A DNA stretch of 64,000 nucleotides from Selaginella moellendorffii. Lineage: Eukaryota > Plantae > Lycopodiophyta. The notes under the pieces were generated by a model. That model ran no database searches, was not told the origin of the DNA, and saw only the letters and a program-made list of their open reading frames with translations. Positions 1-12,700 of the stretch are shown here, piece after piece (positions within the stretch are counted from its first letter, which is position 1; each line of letters opens with the position of its first letter). The DNA lies in assembly GCF_000143415.4 (NCBI RefSeq), contig NW_003314267.1, forward strand, positions 3,555,138 through 3,619,137, written 5' to 3'. Position numbers and translations under genes: made by a program.

Positions 1-984
1 GGGGGGGGGGGGGGGGGGGCTGTAGGGGGTTCCAAAAGTATAGTAGGGAGAGTGTGGGGGTTGGAGCCCAGTGGAGCCAGTTTGGCCAGGAAAGGCCAGT
101 TTGGCCCAGGAAGGCCAGACCCAGTGTTGGGTGATGAGCTGACCACTGGGAAGTCCAAGACTAGAGTGAACACGGACCGACAAGCGGGGTAGCTTGGTGA
201 AGTGTTCAAGAGCCGGCTCTAGTTCCCCCGGGAGATCGACTGGCCGATGCTCCCAATCCAAGTGTGGGTGGCACTACCTACTTGGATACCAGGCGTGGCT
301 CAACGGAACCTCGCTCTAAGCCCATGGCTAGAGCACCCAAAGGTGGAAGGCGGGGAGAGTACCCAGGTGGCTTGCGTAAGACCACGGTGTTCCGAAATGT
401 TGTCCCAAAGGCCTAGACTGTGGAAAGGAAGAGGAGCAGTCCTCTGGGGTAGTGACCAAGGACACAGTCGTGGGGAGAGGAAGTCCCAGAGGACCGTGGG
501 ACTTAGTGGTCAAGCCTGTGGGCCTCGATCCAACGGCAGTGTTGGCAAACACGGCTAAGGGCAGAAAGGGACTTAGTGGGGACTGACAGAGGGATATTGG
601 GGAAGGCTGTTCCCCTTATTGGTGGGCATCCTAAGGATGCTAAGGAGTGGATCTGAGATGACCACTCACGAATGGTTTGCCTAGTCTTGGAGAGCCAAGA
701 CTGTGATGCAAGTGGTATTGGACTACCAATGTGGCAAAGGTGATTGAGCATGGCCTTAGCGTAACAGGCTGCTATATCGGTGGTACCTTTGAGTGTCGGT
801 CATGGGATCGGACACGTGGAGCACTTCGACCAGGTGCAAGGGTTGAGTGGCATGGATGCCATTCTTGGGGCTAGCAAGTCCCAAGTCCTGGATTGGACTT
901 ATGGAGGTTGTGAATGAGACTCCTCCAAGTGGTCGGAGGTGTGGTTAAGTGACTAAAGTAGAATGGAAAATTTAGTCGCTTACA
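1..984 (+). mobile_element. 3' part of an LTR of the LARD-like family (cut by the window edge), inserted into an older LTR of the same family
   Basis: Ends ...AATTTAGTCGCTTACA at 984, the same as the LTR ends at 23414, 36661 and 42646. The following sequence (985-1083) is again LTR-like rather than a PBS. Confidence 0.85.
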
Positions 985-3285
985 CAAAGGTGAATGGGCA
1001 TGGCTTTAGCGTAACGGGCTGATATGTCAGTGGTACCTTTGGGTGTCAGTCATGGGATTGGATATATGGAGCACTTGGACCATAGATAGTCCTAAGGGGC
1101 AAAGGTAGCCTGCATGGAACAAAAAATAATCAAGTGTTAGAGTAACACTTGTGAAAATAGTCCTTATGAGTAAGACATGAATACAAGAAGTTGTATTCTA
1201 GCAAGCTGGCACCTCAAAAGTAGGACTTTATGGGTTATCAGATTAACAAAGTCTAAAGAAGTTAGATGACTCGAGTAGAGTCAAGGAATGGTCCTAAGGG
1301 ATTGGTAGAAATATTTGGATTGAGGTGTGTTATGCCCCACGAAGGATGGGGAAGATCATAAGATCCTAGTATAAGAACAGTGGGTATCTCATTAATGGCG
1401 GAATGTGCCATATTAAAGTCGTGGGAAAGGTGTTCCCAGAAGAAAGCAACTTTGACACAAAGCTGTGTGTAAACACTATGGTGCAGTGCTAACTGATAGT
1501 TGGTATGAGAAATAACTATATTGGTCTTAGCAAAGACTTAGACATAAGTAAGAAGTGTTATAAAGGTAAGCTCGTGGAGCTGATAGTGTGGAAACACCAA
1601 ATGTGCCAAAACGTGATGCCTTGAGGTCAAGTTAGAGGGTTCATAAGAACCCCTTCCTAAAGGAATCCTAATGGAAATGGGAATGGCATAGCCTAAGTTG
1701 AAAAACATGCGGTTGGACCCAAATAATGATGGAGGTGTGGAAGCATCATCAATGAGTTGTAGGACTTGGCAGCTATGAGGCAACTAAGCAAGAGGTGTAA
1801 AATAATTGTAACTACCCAAAATTTCTTATTGGGATAAAGAAGTTAAAAATACCCTTATAAGGGATAAATTGCTTATGTTACCATATAGTAAGTTAATGTG
1901 GTAAAAGGAATGTTTATTGTCAAAGAAGGCTATCATTGGGACACCCAAACACTTTAAAACATCAAAAATTGGTGTTTGGATCATGAGGGCATTAAATAAA
2001 GCCCAAAAGACTAAGTCTTTAGTGAATGATGGATAGAAGGTGTTATCCAAAGTTCAAGGTTACAAAGATGGGAGAAGTCCATATATCTAAATTAGACAAA
2101 GCCAAAAAAGGATTCTGGCAAGGCTAGTGATGGACATATAAAAACCTATAAGTAGAATCGTTAATTATGGTGTGTGGGATTATAAGTATACCTAGATTGA
2201 GGAACCACTTCCTAGGTTATTAGGTAGATTCATCCCTAAGAATATTTGCTAAGGCATGATAGAAAGTGCAAAGTTATCCTCCTAGTCTACAGGAGAATAA
2301 CTAAAAGAAACATGTGAGGCTAAAAAGCAAGTAATAAAGAGATAAAATTGAACTATAGAAAACGAAAGGCATAACTAAGGGTGGTTATGCAAGTTGGGAG
2401 TGGAGAATCAAGTAGGTGCTCGAGAGTGTTGTTATTAGCAATTGTGATGCCATGGAGAGTCTAAAATACGAAATTGTTCATTAGATTATATGCCAATTAG
2501 AAAGCTTCCGAAAGAAAAGGCCTTAGCAAGCTAAGGGACAAAGTTCCTTCAAGGTTCCCAAAGACAATTCTAGATAACTTAGTACCTAAAAAGCCAAGTG
2601 TAAATGGTTCATAAAACACATGAAATCAGAATGGCGCAGCAGAAGCATGGTCTTGAAGCTTGCCATAAGGCAAAACTATCAAGGTTGGGGAAGTAGTTCC
2701 CGAGTGTTCAAAGGGATGGCTTTGAATGAAAGTCGATGGTCAAGGACTTTCACACTTATGCATGAAACCATGTTACGTTGGTCGGATGACTTGCTAAGCG
2801 AGATTGGCAAGTCAAGGGAACAAATACCCTAGTTGAAGGTGCTAATTTCAAAAGGGGTGGCCTATGGGGCAAAGCATGGAGGAGTTTATGCATGATCATA
2901 GACTTGTTAAGTGAGAGGACTTAGTAGTGCAAAAGAATTAGGTTCCTAGGCTGTGATCTATAGCACACTTTAAATATAAGTTGGTGCACTAGCGTGGGGA
3001 ATCACACCAGGCATCTTGGGTGATGCCATCCGTAGATGCATATACGGAAGTTGAGTTTAAGTCCCAACCCTCTAGTGCATTGGTTTGAGTCTCAACTCAC
3101 TAGGGCGTGGTGATGGTTTGGAATATGAGGACACTCATTTTTTGGTGGTCATGGACTCTCAAGAAGGAAACTGGCTTGGGCACACCGCCAAGCGGGGGAT
3201 ACCCCAAAGTCGTGATGCATGGTTAGATTGCTTAGTGTAAAAATTTGACATATCTAACTTGAACACTTTGATGCATATAGCACCA
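985..3285 (+). mobile_element. Old, decayed LARD-like element (copy A): LTR remnant and internal region, interrupted at 3286 by a DNA transposon
   Basis: Colinear with internal regions 23960-26195 and 37210-39430 but more diverged (many C>T and G>A changes). Similarity stops abruptly after ...GCACCA at ~3285. Confidence 0.8.
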
Positions 3286-4158
3286 AAGCTCTATTTCGTT
3301 AAAGTGGGATTTATTCAGTAAAATGGGACTAGGTACAAATTTTCAAGTATTTGAAAATGACGTGAAATTATATGTTTTTTGTCCAGGGGCTAGACATACT
3401 TGGGGCATGGTGACTAGCGCGGTGACTTTGTGTCCAGACTGAGTCCATTTGGTTGTATAATAAATCTCATTGTCAAAGTGAACAAGCCGAATCTGAAGCT
3501 AAAGAAGAGCAATGGCATGCGCGCACACACTATTTGTTTGTTCATTGAGCGTGTGGTGAGCTTTCCAAGATGAACGTCATTCCTATTAGCCAGACATATA
3601 ACTTAATAGTGAGAACATTTAGATATTATTAAATGTTATCTTTTTCTAACGAATCTAATTGTGAAGGTGTAGCAAGAGGCATTGCTAGTCTGGAGAAGTC
3701 ATTTAACTCATTTGACCCTTAGTGTATTTTCATGAAACTAAATAACATTCATATTATTAAGGAATTTCTCTAGTACCTTTTTTTTACGACATAGAGGCTT
3801 GCATTTCTTTCAAAGGTGATTTAGTAAAAGGCCTGAGGGCACATGCCATTCTATTTCTCAAACCGGTATTAAGATATACTAGTGCAAAGGGAAAAAGGTA
3901 TTTGGTGATCAAGTAAATGGCATGAGGGCACACGCCATTATAAGCCTAAGCGCTAGTGGACACCTCTTTTTTGGTGTCACGCCTCACGCCATCACGCCAT
4001 GCCATCACGCCTCCTCTGATTCAGATTCGGATTGTTCACCTTGAAATAAAATACATTAGAAACTTAGTAAAGGAATATTAATGAATCTCACCTTAAACCC
4101 GGGTTATGAATGCTCTTGCTGCATCTCTTGCATGGTCTGGCAAGGTGATGGTGGCACT

Positions 4159-7135
4159 CTACTTCCACATCGAACCATGCACAACATTATCCACCGATAT
4201 GCTCATGCTGGGATCCCTTGGATTCAGCACCCATCTCTTTTCTAGGCAATCCTTCGTATATCCGGAACTTGGCTTGAACCACTCCACAGTTACATTGAAG
4301 GAGTTAGTTTCCGCGTCCTCCTCTGCATCAGTGATGCAGCGCCCCACCCATATCATTTGTTTTTTATTACTGGGTCTAACAAGCATGACCATTCCTTTGC
4401 AGACCTGTATTGGATTGAATGCTGAATCCGGCTTCTTGTTCCTCGGCCCACAATAGTGATCCTCAACATCATTATCTATCACTACATTTCCAGAGGACAT
4501 TGTTCTGCTACTATCTGGTGCTCTGGGTTCTGGCCAAAAGGACTCTTCCAATTCTTCATATACAACCGGCCCATTTTGGATAGCAGATATAATCTTCTCC
4601 CAGTATTCGAGCAAAGGCTTGCACCTCTTAAAATAGGATTCTCCACCAAACACCAACCCCCTCTTCCAGAAGGCAATATGCTGTCTAATCCTGGCCACTA
4701 TACTTTCCTAGTCTTTAAGTCCATCCGGGTGCATTGGCCGTGGGGAACCCTGAGGAATCATAGGTTCCCCAGTTATGGGATCTCTCTTGAAGAGTTCAAT
4801 GCCATCCATTGGCAGCCACAGTGTGTCCCATTCTCTCATCTTGTACCTCATCACTGGAGCACCATCACGCATGCTGAAATGAAACTGAAGAGGCTTAGAG
4901 TGGCCAATCAGCGTTTCGGATCCGTCCCTGATGTAGCCTCTTACAAACCCCTTAAAGTCTGGAACCTCTGTCACAAGTGCAGCTTCAACAGTGCCTTTGA
5001 TGCAATTTTGGAATTCATTGTAGAGTTGTGGGAGGGTGAGGACATTGGATCGCCGGAGGGACTCTGCCAGGTGACTGAACATGGCATCGACGTCTTCATG
5101 AGTGTGCCCAACCATGAGAAAGCCAAGTGTAACCATTTCACATATGCCTTTAGCAACAAGCATTGCCAAGTACGCGAAGACATACATGTTTTTGTTCTCA
5201 CTGCCAACATTGTCTGTTTGGAGCAAAAGATGGGGTGGAAGGCCACATTGGCCGCAAGAACTTCCTTGAGATTCTGCTTCGTTTGGATGAGGCTGTGCAT
5301 TCACCGGGCGACCAGCCTCGTCGGAATGGCATGAGGCCTCACGTGATAACCCTACAATCCGACGGCCAACATATTCATTGGGATGGCATGGGGCCCCACG
5401 CGATACTGCAAGCCTTTGCTCCTCCTCCAGCTGAACCCTGTATGAGGTTCGATTGACAAGGGCCTTATGCAAGGGTTGGCCGTTCAGCTCAGTCTGCGCA
5501 CTTTGCAGAGACCTTAAGTGTTTTGCTAGGGACGCAATCATCATGTTTGCACCCCCACCACCCCATAGAGGTACAAAGAAGTTCCCATAGTTCTGGGCAC
5601 CATGCCCATGAGCGATTATGCCAAACAGAGACACAGGCAGCTGCATGGATGAAGAGATTGCCTTGGGGGCAGGATTGAGTCGAGGTAAGCACGTCTTTTT
5701 CTGGTCCATTTTGTCGTGGATGATGCTCAGGTCTCTCCATGGAGAGAATCCTGTTATGATAATATGCAGTCCTGCAGCTTCTCTGCTCGATGTTGTGTTC
5801 GAGCCGCCTTCTAACCAACGTCTCTCGCTCTTGAGCGCTGCAAAAATTCTTCGACAAAGCCATTTTGATAGCAGTGCACTCGTCACACTTTGAAAAGCTG
5901 GAGTACTTTCCTATACTCACATCCCTGAACCTGTTGCTCCACAATCTACTAAATCTAGATTGGCTCAGCTTCCTGTAGCCATTACTCTGGAGTTCCCGAT
6001 TCACATCTTCCAATATGGCCCCCTTGGTATACATGGAAGGGAGAACTTGTTGGGTGTCTCGTGTTCCATCTTCTAAGAGGTGGGTTTTATGTGGTTGCTA
6101 CTCGCTACATGTCTCGACAAACCTCTTGAAGATTGCCTCTCCATATATAACATGACCCCTGGTTTTGTGCGTACCGTCGTTCCCATGGACTGCCTGTTGA
6201 ACCCTTTGTTCCTCGAACTCAGTTTTGATTCTGTAGAATGTGCTTCGAGGGACTCCATAAATGATTCTCCATGCCTTCATGCAGACCAAACCCCTCTGGA
6301 AGACCATGCCCCCCACCTGATGTTCTAAAGCATCAACAGATGACTGTAATGCCTCATACACAAAATTGCGAGCTGCCTTCCAGGACAATGTCTTGTATCT
6401 TGCTCTCTCCTCTTCAATAGCATCCCAATTAGCATGTTGACAGCACCTCCTCTTGCAACAAGCAATTGTCGAGACAATTCGAACCTCCATCACCATTTTC
6501 TGCCTTTTCGGTTCGTTGCTCAGATCCCTTTGGCTGCGCTTTAGGAAGGTGTACTTTCTTTTCCCATGAAGAGATGTTCTGTCATCAGTTGTAGTGGTGT
6601 TTGATTGTGAATCCTTCACATTCTCAAACATTAAATGCCTCAATTTCCACCACACAATGCTTCCAATAGTCAGACTGTTTTCTTCTGTGTCAACAACCTC
6701 TAAAATCGCAACTCCAATATCATCCCAGCCCAATTCTTGATTAGCAACCGCATCTCTTGGATCGACAACTGTGGCTAAGCCCTCAGCTACCACCTCCCCC
6801 TCGGGGTTGTTTAGAAACACCTTTGCCTGAATCCATGTAGCACGGTTCTTAAGATCCACGGAGGGAACATGCATCGCACTTGCGCTGTCCCTAACATCTG
6901 CTTTCTTCTGCAGATTTTTCAAGGCAACAACAACATTTACCCCGACGACCATCTCTCCTCGTTCAATAGCGACCACATTCCCATCGAAGACAGTCTCTAC
7001 TGATATAGCAGCATTGCCTTCCCCAAGCCTTTGACAGTGTATAACAAAGTTCCGATCCATAGACACAAGGGTCCCTTTTGCAACTCTCTTCCCACCATTC
7101 AAAATGTAAACCTTTTCCCCAACCCTGAAGGCCAT
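4159..7135 (-). pseudogene. Sola-like (DUF7869-type) DDD transposase, disrupted by stops and a frameshift; N-terminus has two TNP1/EnSpm-like repeats
   Basis: Joined from ORFs 6098-7135, 5489-6034, 4708-5886 and 4159-4698. Motifs: CCKRRCC, VCMKAWRIIYGVPRSTFYR, FSKCDEC, IIHDKMDQKKT (D1), LLQTDNVGSENKN (D2), GFLMVGHTHEDVDAMFS (D3). N-terminal repeats: VAKGTLVSMD..IHCQRLG and VAEGLATVVDP..VANQELG. Confidence 0.8.
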
Positions 7136-7491
7136 TCTGAAAGTGCAGAAAAGAAGTTAAAACCATACAAAAAATGATTGGAGAATGGCCTAAATCATAA
7201 CATACCAAATAGCATGAGGCCACATGCCATTATTCAAACATGCTATTGACACCCACGTGAAATTTCGCATTCACAAAATTGGCATGAGGCCTCATGCCAT
7301 CTTGATATACACACAGCTGCAGGCAAGTAAAAACATACATGACAATACGCTAGCCATGAAATTGCAAGGGCCCAAAATGGCATGTGGCCTCATGCCATTT
7401 CTAAATGTGGTCCTAAGCCATTCCATGGTGAACATACCAGGAAGCACAAGTGCCGAATATCAAGAGGAAGCGGTAGCCACACCAAAGACAG

Positions 7492-7680
7492 TGCCGCTCG
7501 CAACACCGCAACTACTCGTAGCGCCGCTCGCAACACCGCAACTGCTCGTAGCGCCGCTCGCAACACCGCAACTGCTCGTAGCGCCGCTCGCAACACCGCA
7601 ACTGCTCGTAGCGCCGCTCGCACAAACTGCCACTCGCATAAACTGCCGCTCACAATGGCGCTCGCAATGCCGCAACCGCT
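7492..7680. repeat. 30-bp tandem repeat (GCCGCTCGCAACACCGCAACTGCTCGTAGC), ~4.5 copies plus a degenerate tail
   Basis: Directly visible upstream of the transposase. Explains the LVAPLATPQL/ARSAARNTAT pseudo-ORFs. Confidence 0.9.
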
Positions 7681-8478
7681 TGTAGACGCATAAACCACAG
7701 CTCACAACGCCGCTTACACAAGCAGCGCTCACTGTGCTCAGCGGAACCAAGAACACGGCACACAAAAATGATAGACCTAGGAATGAGTTCGAGAATTCAA
7801 AAATAACACACGCTTCAACGTCACATCAAATCCTCTGACAAACCAAATCTTATGATTCCTCTGACAAATTTCAAACTGAGTAGCTTCTAGACTTTGCTGT
7901 CGGAGGTTGAACTTTGTCACATCATGTCCTTGCCTCGATCCAGCTGTGTCATGTCAGTGATTGGAACTTTGCCATGCCGTGTCAGCGGTCCGCGCCAAGA
8001 TTATTCGCCGTGTAAAGGAATAATTATGCTGTGTGTGTATGTCCATTTATGGAAATATAAGGCCACACGCCATTCAAAGAATAATGCTAGTCGAGCATTT
8101 TTTGGTGCACTTTGGGTTCAAAATTGCATGAGCCCACACGCTATAAAGTTTACCTGTACCAAAAATAGAAACAGCTTTATTTACTTGGGAATTTAAGTGG
8201 TTGAGGCATTTTTAAACTTACAAACACATGCCCTACTTACATTCCTTTGGTTGCTTAAAATTTAAAAATATTATAAACCTTTCTTTTTGCATTTTCAATG
8301 TTTTCAATTATGGTTTTGATTTTCGCAGGACCAGCCTAGTAATCTATTTGCATCCCGTCATGTTTATAGCTAGCTTTTGTTTGTCCCTTCGCTAGCCTGA
8401 GATACATCTGCTCGGCATCTGCCTCTTACAGCATTTGCCCAGAAAGGGCATCTTTCTTCACGCAGCATTTGCCACATG

Positions 8479-8504
8479 TTTAGGGTTTAGGGTTTAGGGT
8501 TTAG
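8479..8504 (+). promoter_or_regulatory. Short (TTTAGGG)n telomeric / telo-box tract in the intergenic region
   Basis: TTTAGGGTTTAGGGTTTAGGGTTTAG between the divergent transposase and cargo genes. A regulatory role is inferred. Confidence 0.5.
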
Positions 8505-9762
8505 CAATTCAGTAGCTTGATAAACATGCAAATAGAGAACTTGATGCAAAATCCTTTGATATGTCACAATGCCCCTAGGACCATAAACACATTTCAATAG
8601 AGAGGGTCCTTTCATTTCATAACTCCTTACGTAGATCTTGTTGAAACCAGAGTTAGTGAAGTTGGTTTCTTGTGATCCCGCATCTGATTGTGATGTCCCT
8701 TTGCAGTGTCGATGGAAAGGTCAATGCACACCAAACTGTAGAATCTTGGAGCAAAATAACGGTCGGATCTATGGCAAATGCCCTTGAAATATTGTAAGGC
8801 TCGTGTGGTCTCATGTGGTGTCCGATCGAGATGCTTCTTTGCAGGGTCATCAAGAAGGACATTGTATACCATTCTATAAAATCTAGTTGCGATATAATGG
8901 TTGGATCTCCAGAAAACTCAAAACAATCTCGCACGTGTCAGAATATTCTAGGAATATACTCCTATGTGCCCCTGAAAATGGCATGCGGCCCCACGCCATT
9001 CAAGAGATAACGCCAGATGACGCCGAACATTTTTTGGTGCATTTTTTGGGATCAAAATTGCATGAGCCCACACGCTTGAACGTCACATCAAATCCTCTGA
9101 CAATTTATTTAGCTGAACATCTGGCATTTTTGGAAATACAAGATGCTTTGGAATATCCAATCATGCATGGTATAAATATAGTGAGGGTATTAAATGATAT
9201 CCCAATCATGATCTTTCTTTTGGATTTCGCGTGCATGCAGTCCGAGGAATGATGACGTTGCGGATTTCTTTTGGATTTCACGTGCATGCATGCGAGTGGC
9301 GATCCAGAAATTAATGGTGGCGCCCAAGTCCAAGGAATGATGACGTGGCGGGATTACCAACCGTCGTGACATTTCGCGCGTGTGAGGTTAGGTTTTGCAT
9401 TTTGCTTCGTACTCGCGCTCGCACACTCGCGCTCCCACTCGCGATCACGCTCACATTCGCGCTCATCTACCTTCTCTATAGGTTTCTCGTGTGCATCGGC
9501 GTCCACTTGCACTTGCATCACACTCGCGGTCGCATCGCGCTCGCGTGCATCGGCGTCCACTTCAAGACACACCCAGTTTGTAACTTTGCCGCCAACTCCG
9601 CCGCCCACTCCGCCACCCACACGCAGCCCACTTGGCGTCCCGGGAGATTTCAGCGCCACTCTCCAACTGTAAGTGGCAGAGTAGCCTTGCTGCTACGATC
9701 CGCTGCACACACAGTGCACATTCACCAGCGAGTCCGGTTGTCACGCCTCCATTCGGCTTCAA

Positions 9763-12700
9763 ATGGTAAGTCTTTTAGGCCAAGTAGAAAATGGCATGAG
9801 GCCACATGCCATTCAGTAGCAACATTGGCATGCACCGATTGGGCTCTCGAGTGCAGTCCGGTTACAGATGTTGTGTAGCCTCACGCCATCTTAGGATGCA
9901 GCCTCAAGACATCTGATGCAGTGGTGAATGGCGTGTGGCCTCACGTTATTTCCAGCTGCTAGCTTTTCATCTGTCAGCTCTAATTGTTGTGCATTTCTGA
10001 ACAGGCGAGGAATTGCGTTCTTCTTCTAGCCACTATCAATGTGGATGCAGAGAAGGGGGAGGAGCTCACCAGTTGGACTTTTGGGATGGAAGGCAAGGAT
10101 CTGAGGCTATACAACACAGATGGTGGGAGAAAAGAATGCATGGGGATCCTCATCCAAGTGACAGACACTCCATGCAGTTCCATGCAAGAATATGGACTGG
10201 CACTTGTGGTAGAGACAGCGTCTGCCTTCAAGATCCACCTTGCACATCCTAGCGGCTTCCCGGAGGGGGGCAGCGGCTACGAGGAATTCCTAGAGGGAGC
10301 TAGGGAGAGGTTGTCCAGGAGGCCCACAATTTCAAAGACGCTGCGGGTCTATGAAGATCACATGGAATCCACGGACCTCACCTACGGCGATGTTCAAAAA
10401 CTATATTCCAACATTGAGCCGTTGAGAGTGCCTCCAGTTCGCGAAGCGAAGGGGAAGGGGGTCGATCTAGAAACTACCCCGAAGCAGAAAAGGGTGGTCA
10501 AGCTCAAGCCGACGTCCGACTCTCCTCCAAAAAAGAAGCTACTCGGTGATGTCATTGCCTCGGGTTCGAACACTACACCCACCAAAAAGAAGAGCCCCAA
10601 AGAGCAGAAAGAGCAAGAAGAGGCAGCAAAAATCGTCGCAGATAATAGTACTTGTTACTATTCCAACAAAGTATATACAATCGACGTGAGCCGTATCGAC
10701 ATCCAAAGCAAATACAACCACAGGCTAGTATCTGATGAGTGGGTAGAGAAACTGAAGCAGAAGATGCTGGCAACTCTAGTAACACCCGACATCGCAGACG
10801 TGATCCCCTACTACCAAACAATGAAGGGAGAGACGAGGTTTCCAGATTTGATCAATAGGAAGGTGTTGGACGATCAGAACATTCAGTTCTATGCCGTCTC
10901 CGGGCAGCATTCTAGCTTGGCGATGCAAGAGATAGTTGTGGATATTATGGTGGGCGAGGAGGTGAAGAAAGTCTTCAAGACAAGAGTTGTCCGCCTGATA
11001 AAAGGCAACTCGCCCCTCCGATCTATCATATACATCTCCCACGCGCAGAATGTCAAGTAAGAAACGTGCTACAAATCGGGTCTACACGAGACATTGGCAC
11101 GAACACAGAAGCTCTGGGTTCAACTGAAGAAGCCACAAAAACCAGGACAAGGACATGCACTAGCAACTAGCGCCTGGCAGGTAAGCCTCGTTGCATGTGG
11201 CATAGCATGTGGCCTCACGCCATTTCTATTGCAGGAATTCTCGAGTCTTCTCTCGAAAACACTGGGGGTCAATGACACACTCAGCATCCATAACATTCTA
11301 CTCGCAACAAAAGTTGTTTTTGACAAATGGGTAGATGTGCTGAGGAGGTACCATGACGGGGAGTTGCTAAACTCAATGGGTGTGGAGGACGGCCGGAAGC
11401 CCAATGATTTGAAGCTCAACGCCTTGCATTTCTCGCGGTCTCTAGACGACGACGACCTTCTGACAGTGGCTAATGCTCTTCTACATGGTGAGGTAGTCTT
11501 CAACAAGACCAAAATGACTCCCGGCCATATTGTGACATACGAGGACTTGTGCACGACTCTGAGAGCTCGTGCGCTATTGAAGGATTGGATCTTCAAGCAA
11601 GTGGCCATGGAGAGGGTGAGCATCGACACCACGCAAGAGATGATGGAAGCGCTGGATTTGTCAAATGAAGACATCGACGAGTACGTGAAGGGGGCCCCCA
11701 AGTTCATCGATCTGCTGCGGGATGCCACGAAAAGTAAAGCTGAGAAGTTGGATCAGTGTCAAGACCCCTGACAAGATCAAGATTGGAAAATGCAAAAAGA
11801 CAAAGAGAAAAGCTAGTGGAAACAAAGAAGAGGCCTTAGACTGGCGTTGATTCAGATTGTAGAGAAATGGAACAAGGCTAACCTATATATACTATAGGTT
11901 GATGAAGCTCCACCACTCTTGGATCGAGGACGGCCTAAATATAGCTGAGGTCGAGGAGGTGCCACATCATCATCAGGAATGTGGCTCGAGACTCAGGAAT
12001 CGGGAAGTGTCTCGAGAGTCAGGAATAGGAAAGTGTCTCGAGAGTCAGGAATAGGGAAGTGTCTCGAGAGTCAGGAATGTGGTCTGCAGGTCAGGAATCC
12101 GGCGAGAGTTAGGAATGTGGCAAGAATTGGGGGATTCCTGACAATCAGTATCCAAATTTCATTAAGAGTGATGTCGACTGCCGGCTTCAGAAACAACTCG
12201 ACCCCGCAGCAGAGGCCTATCGAGAACCTTACCGGGTATACTTGAATTCGGATGAGGATCAAAGGTGGAGGAGCATCATTTCCCGCGGAGATGAGCAGGT
12301 CAAGAACATCTTTTGTGTGATGGACTTCACAAACGAGGAGATCACTCATGCAGACGAAGTCAGCTCCATCATTGACTTAATGGTGGGACTTGCGGAGGTG
12401 GAATCTTCAGTCCACTATATGATCTACGACTCCGAATCCTATCACAAGTTCTGGAAGGCCTTGAACGAGGTGAAGGCTCGGTTGAAAGGCAAGGAGATGC
12501 GGGAGATCCATGGGATAATGGCTAAGAAGAAGATACCGACGAATGTCTGCATCTTCACACTCGCCCTTGTTATTGGTCCTGCAGCAGAGTGGGACTGGAG
12601 TGACTTCCTAGCTTCGTTCGACAAGGCCGATCAAATTGATCTGAGGGAGGTCAATTTACCCGTGCCTGAGGAACTGAAGATGGCTATAGAGCTTTCGAAT

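Noticed and set aside
1-19. Poly-G run / G-quadruplex
   Set aside because: Corresponds to the short G-tract in other LTR copies at the window edge. Its length may be a sequencing artefact.
4456-5334. 292-aa plus-strand ORF
   Set aside because: Antisense shadow of the transposase with no motifs.
8479-8504. Telomere or chromosome-fusion scar
   Set aside because: Only 3-4 units, inside a transposon intergenic region.
10725-10760. CTGATGAG...GAAA as a hammerhead ribozyme core
   Set aside because: No supporting stems, and it lies in a coding exon.
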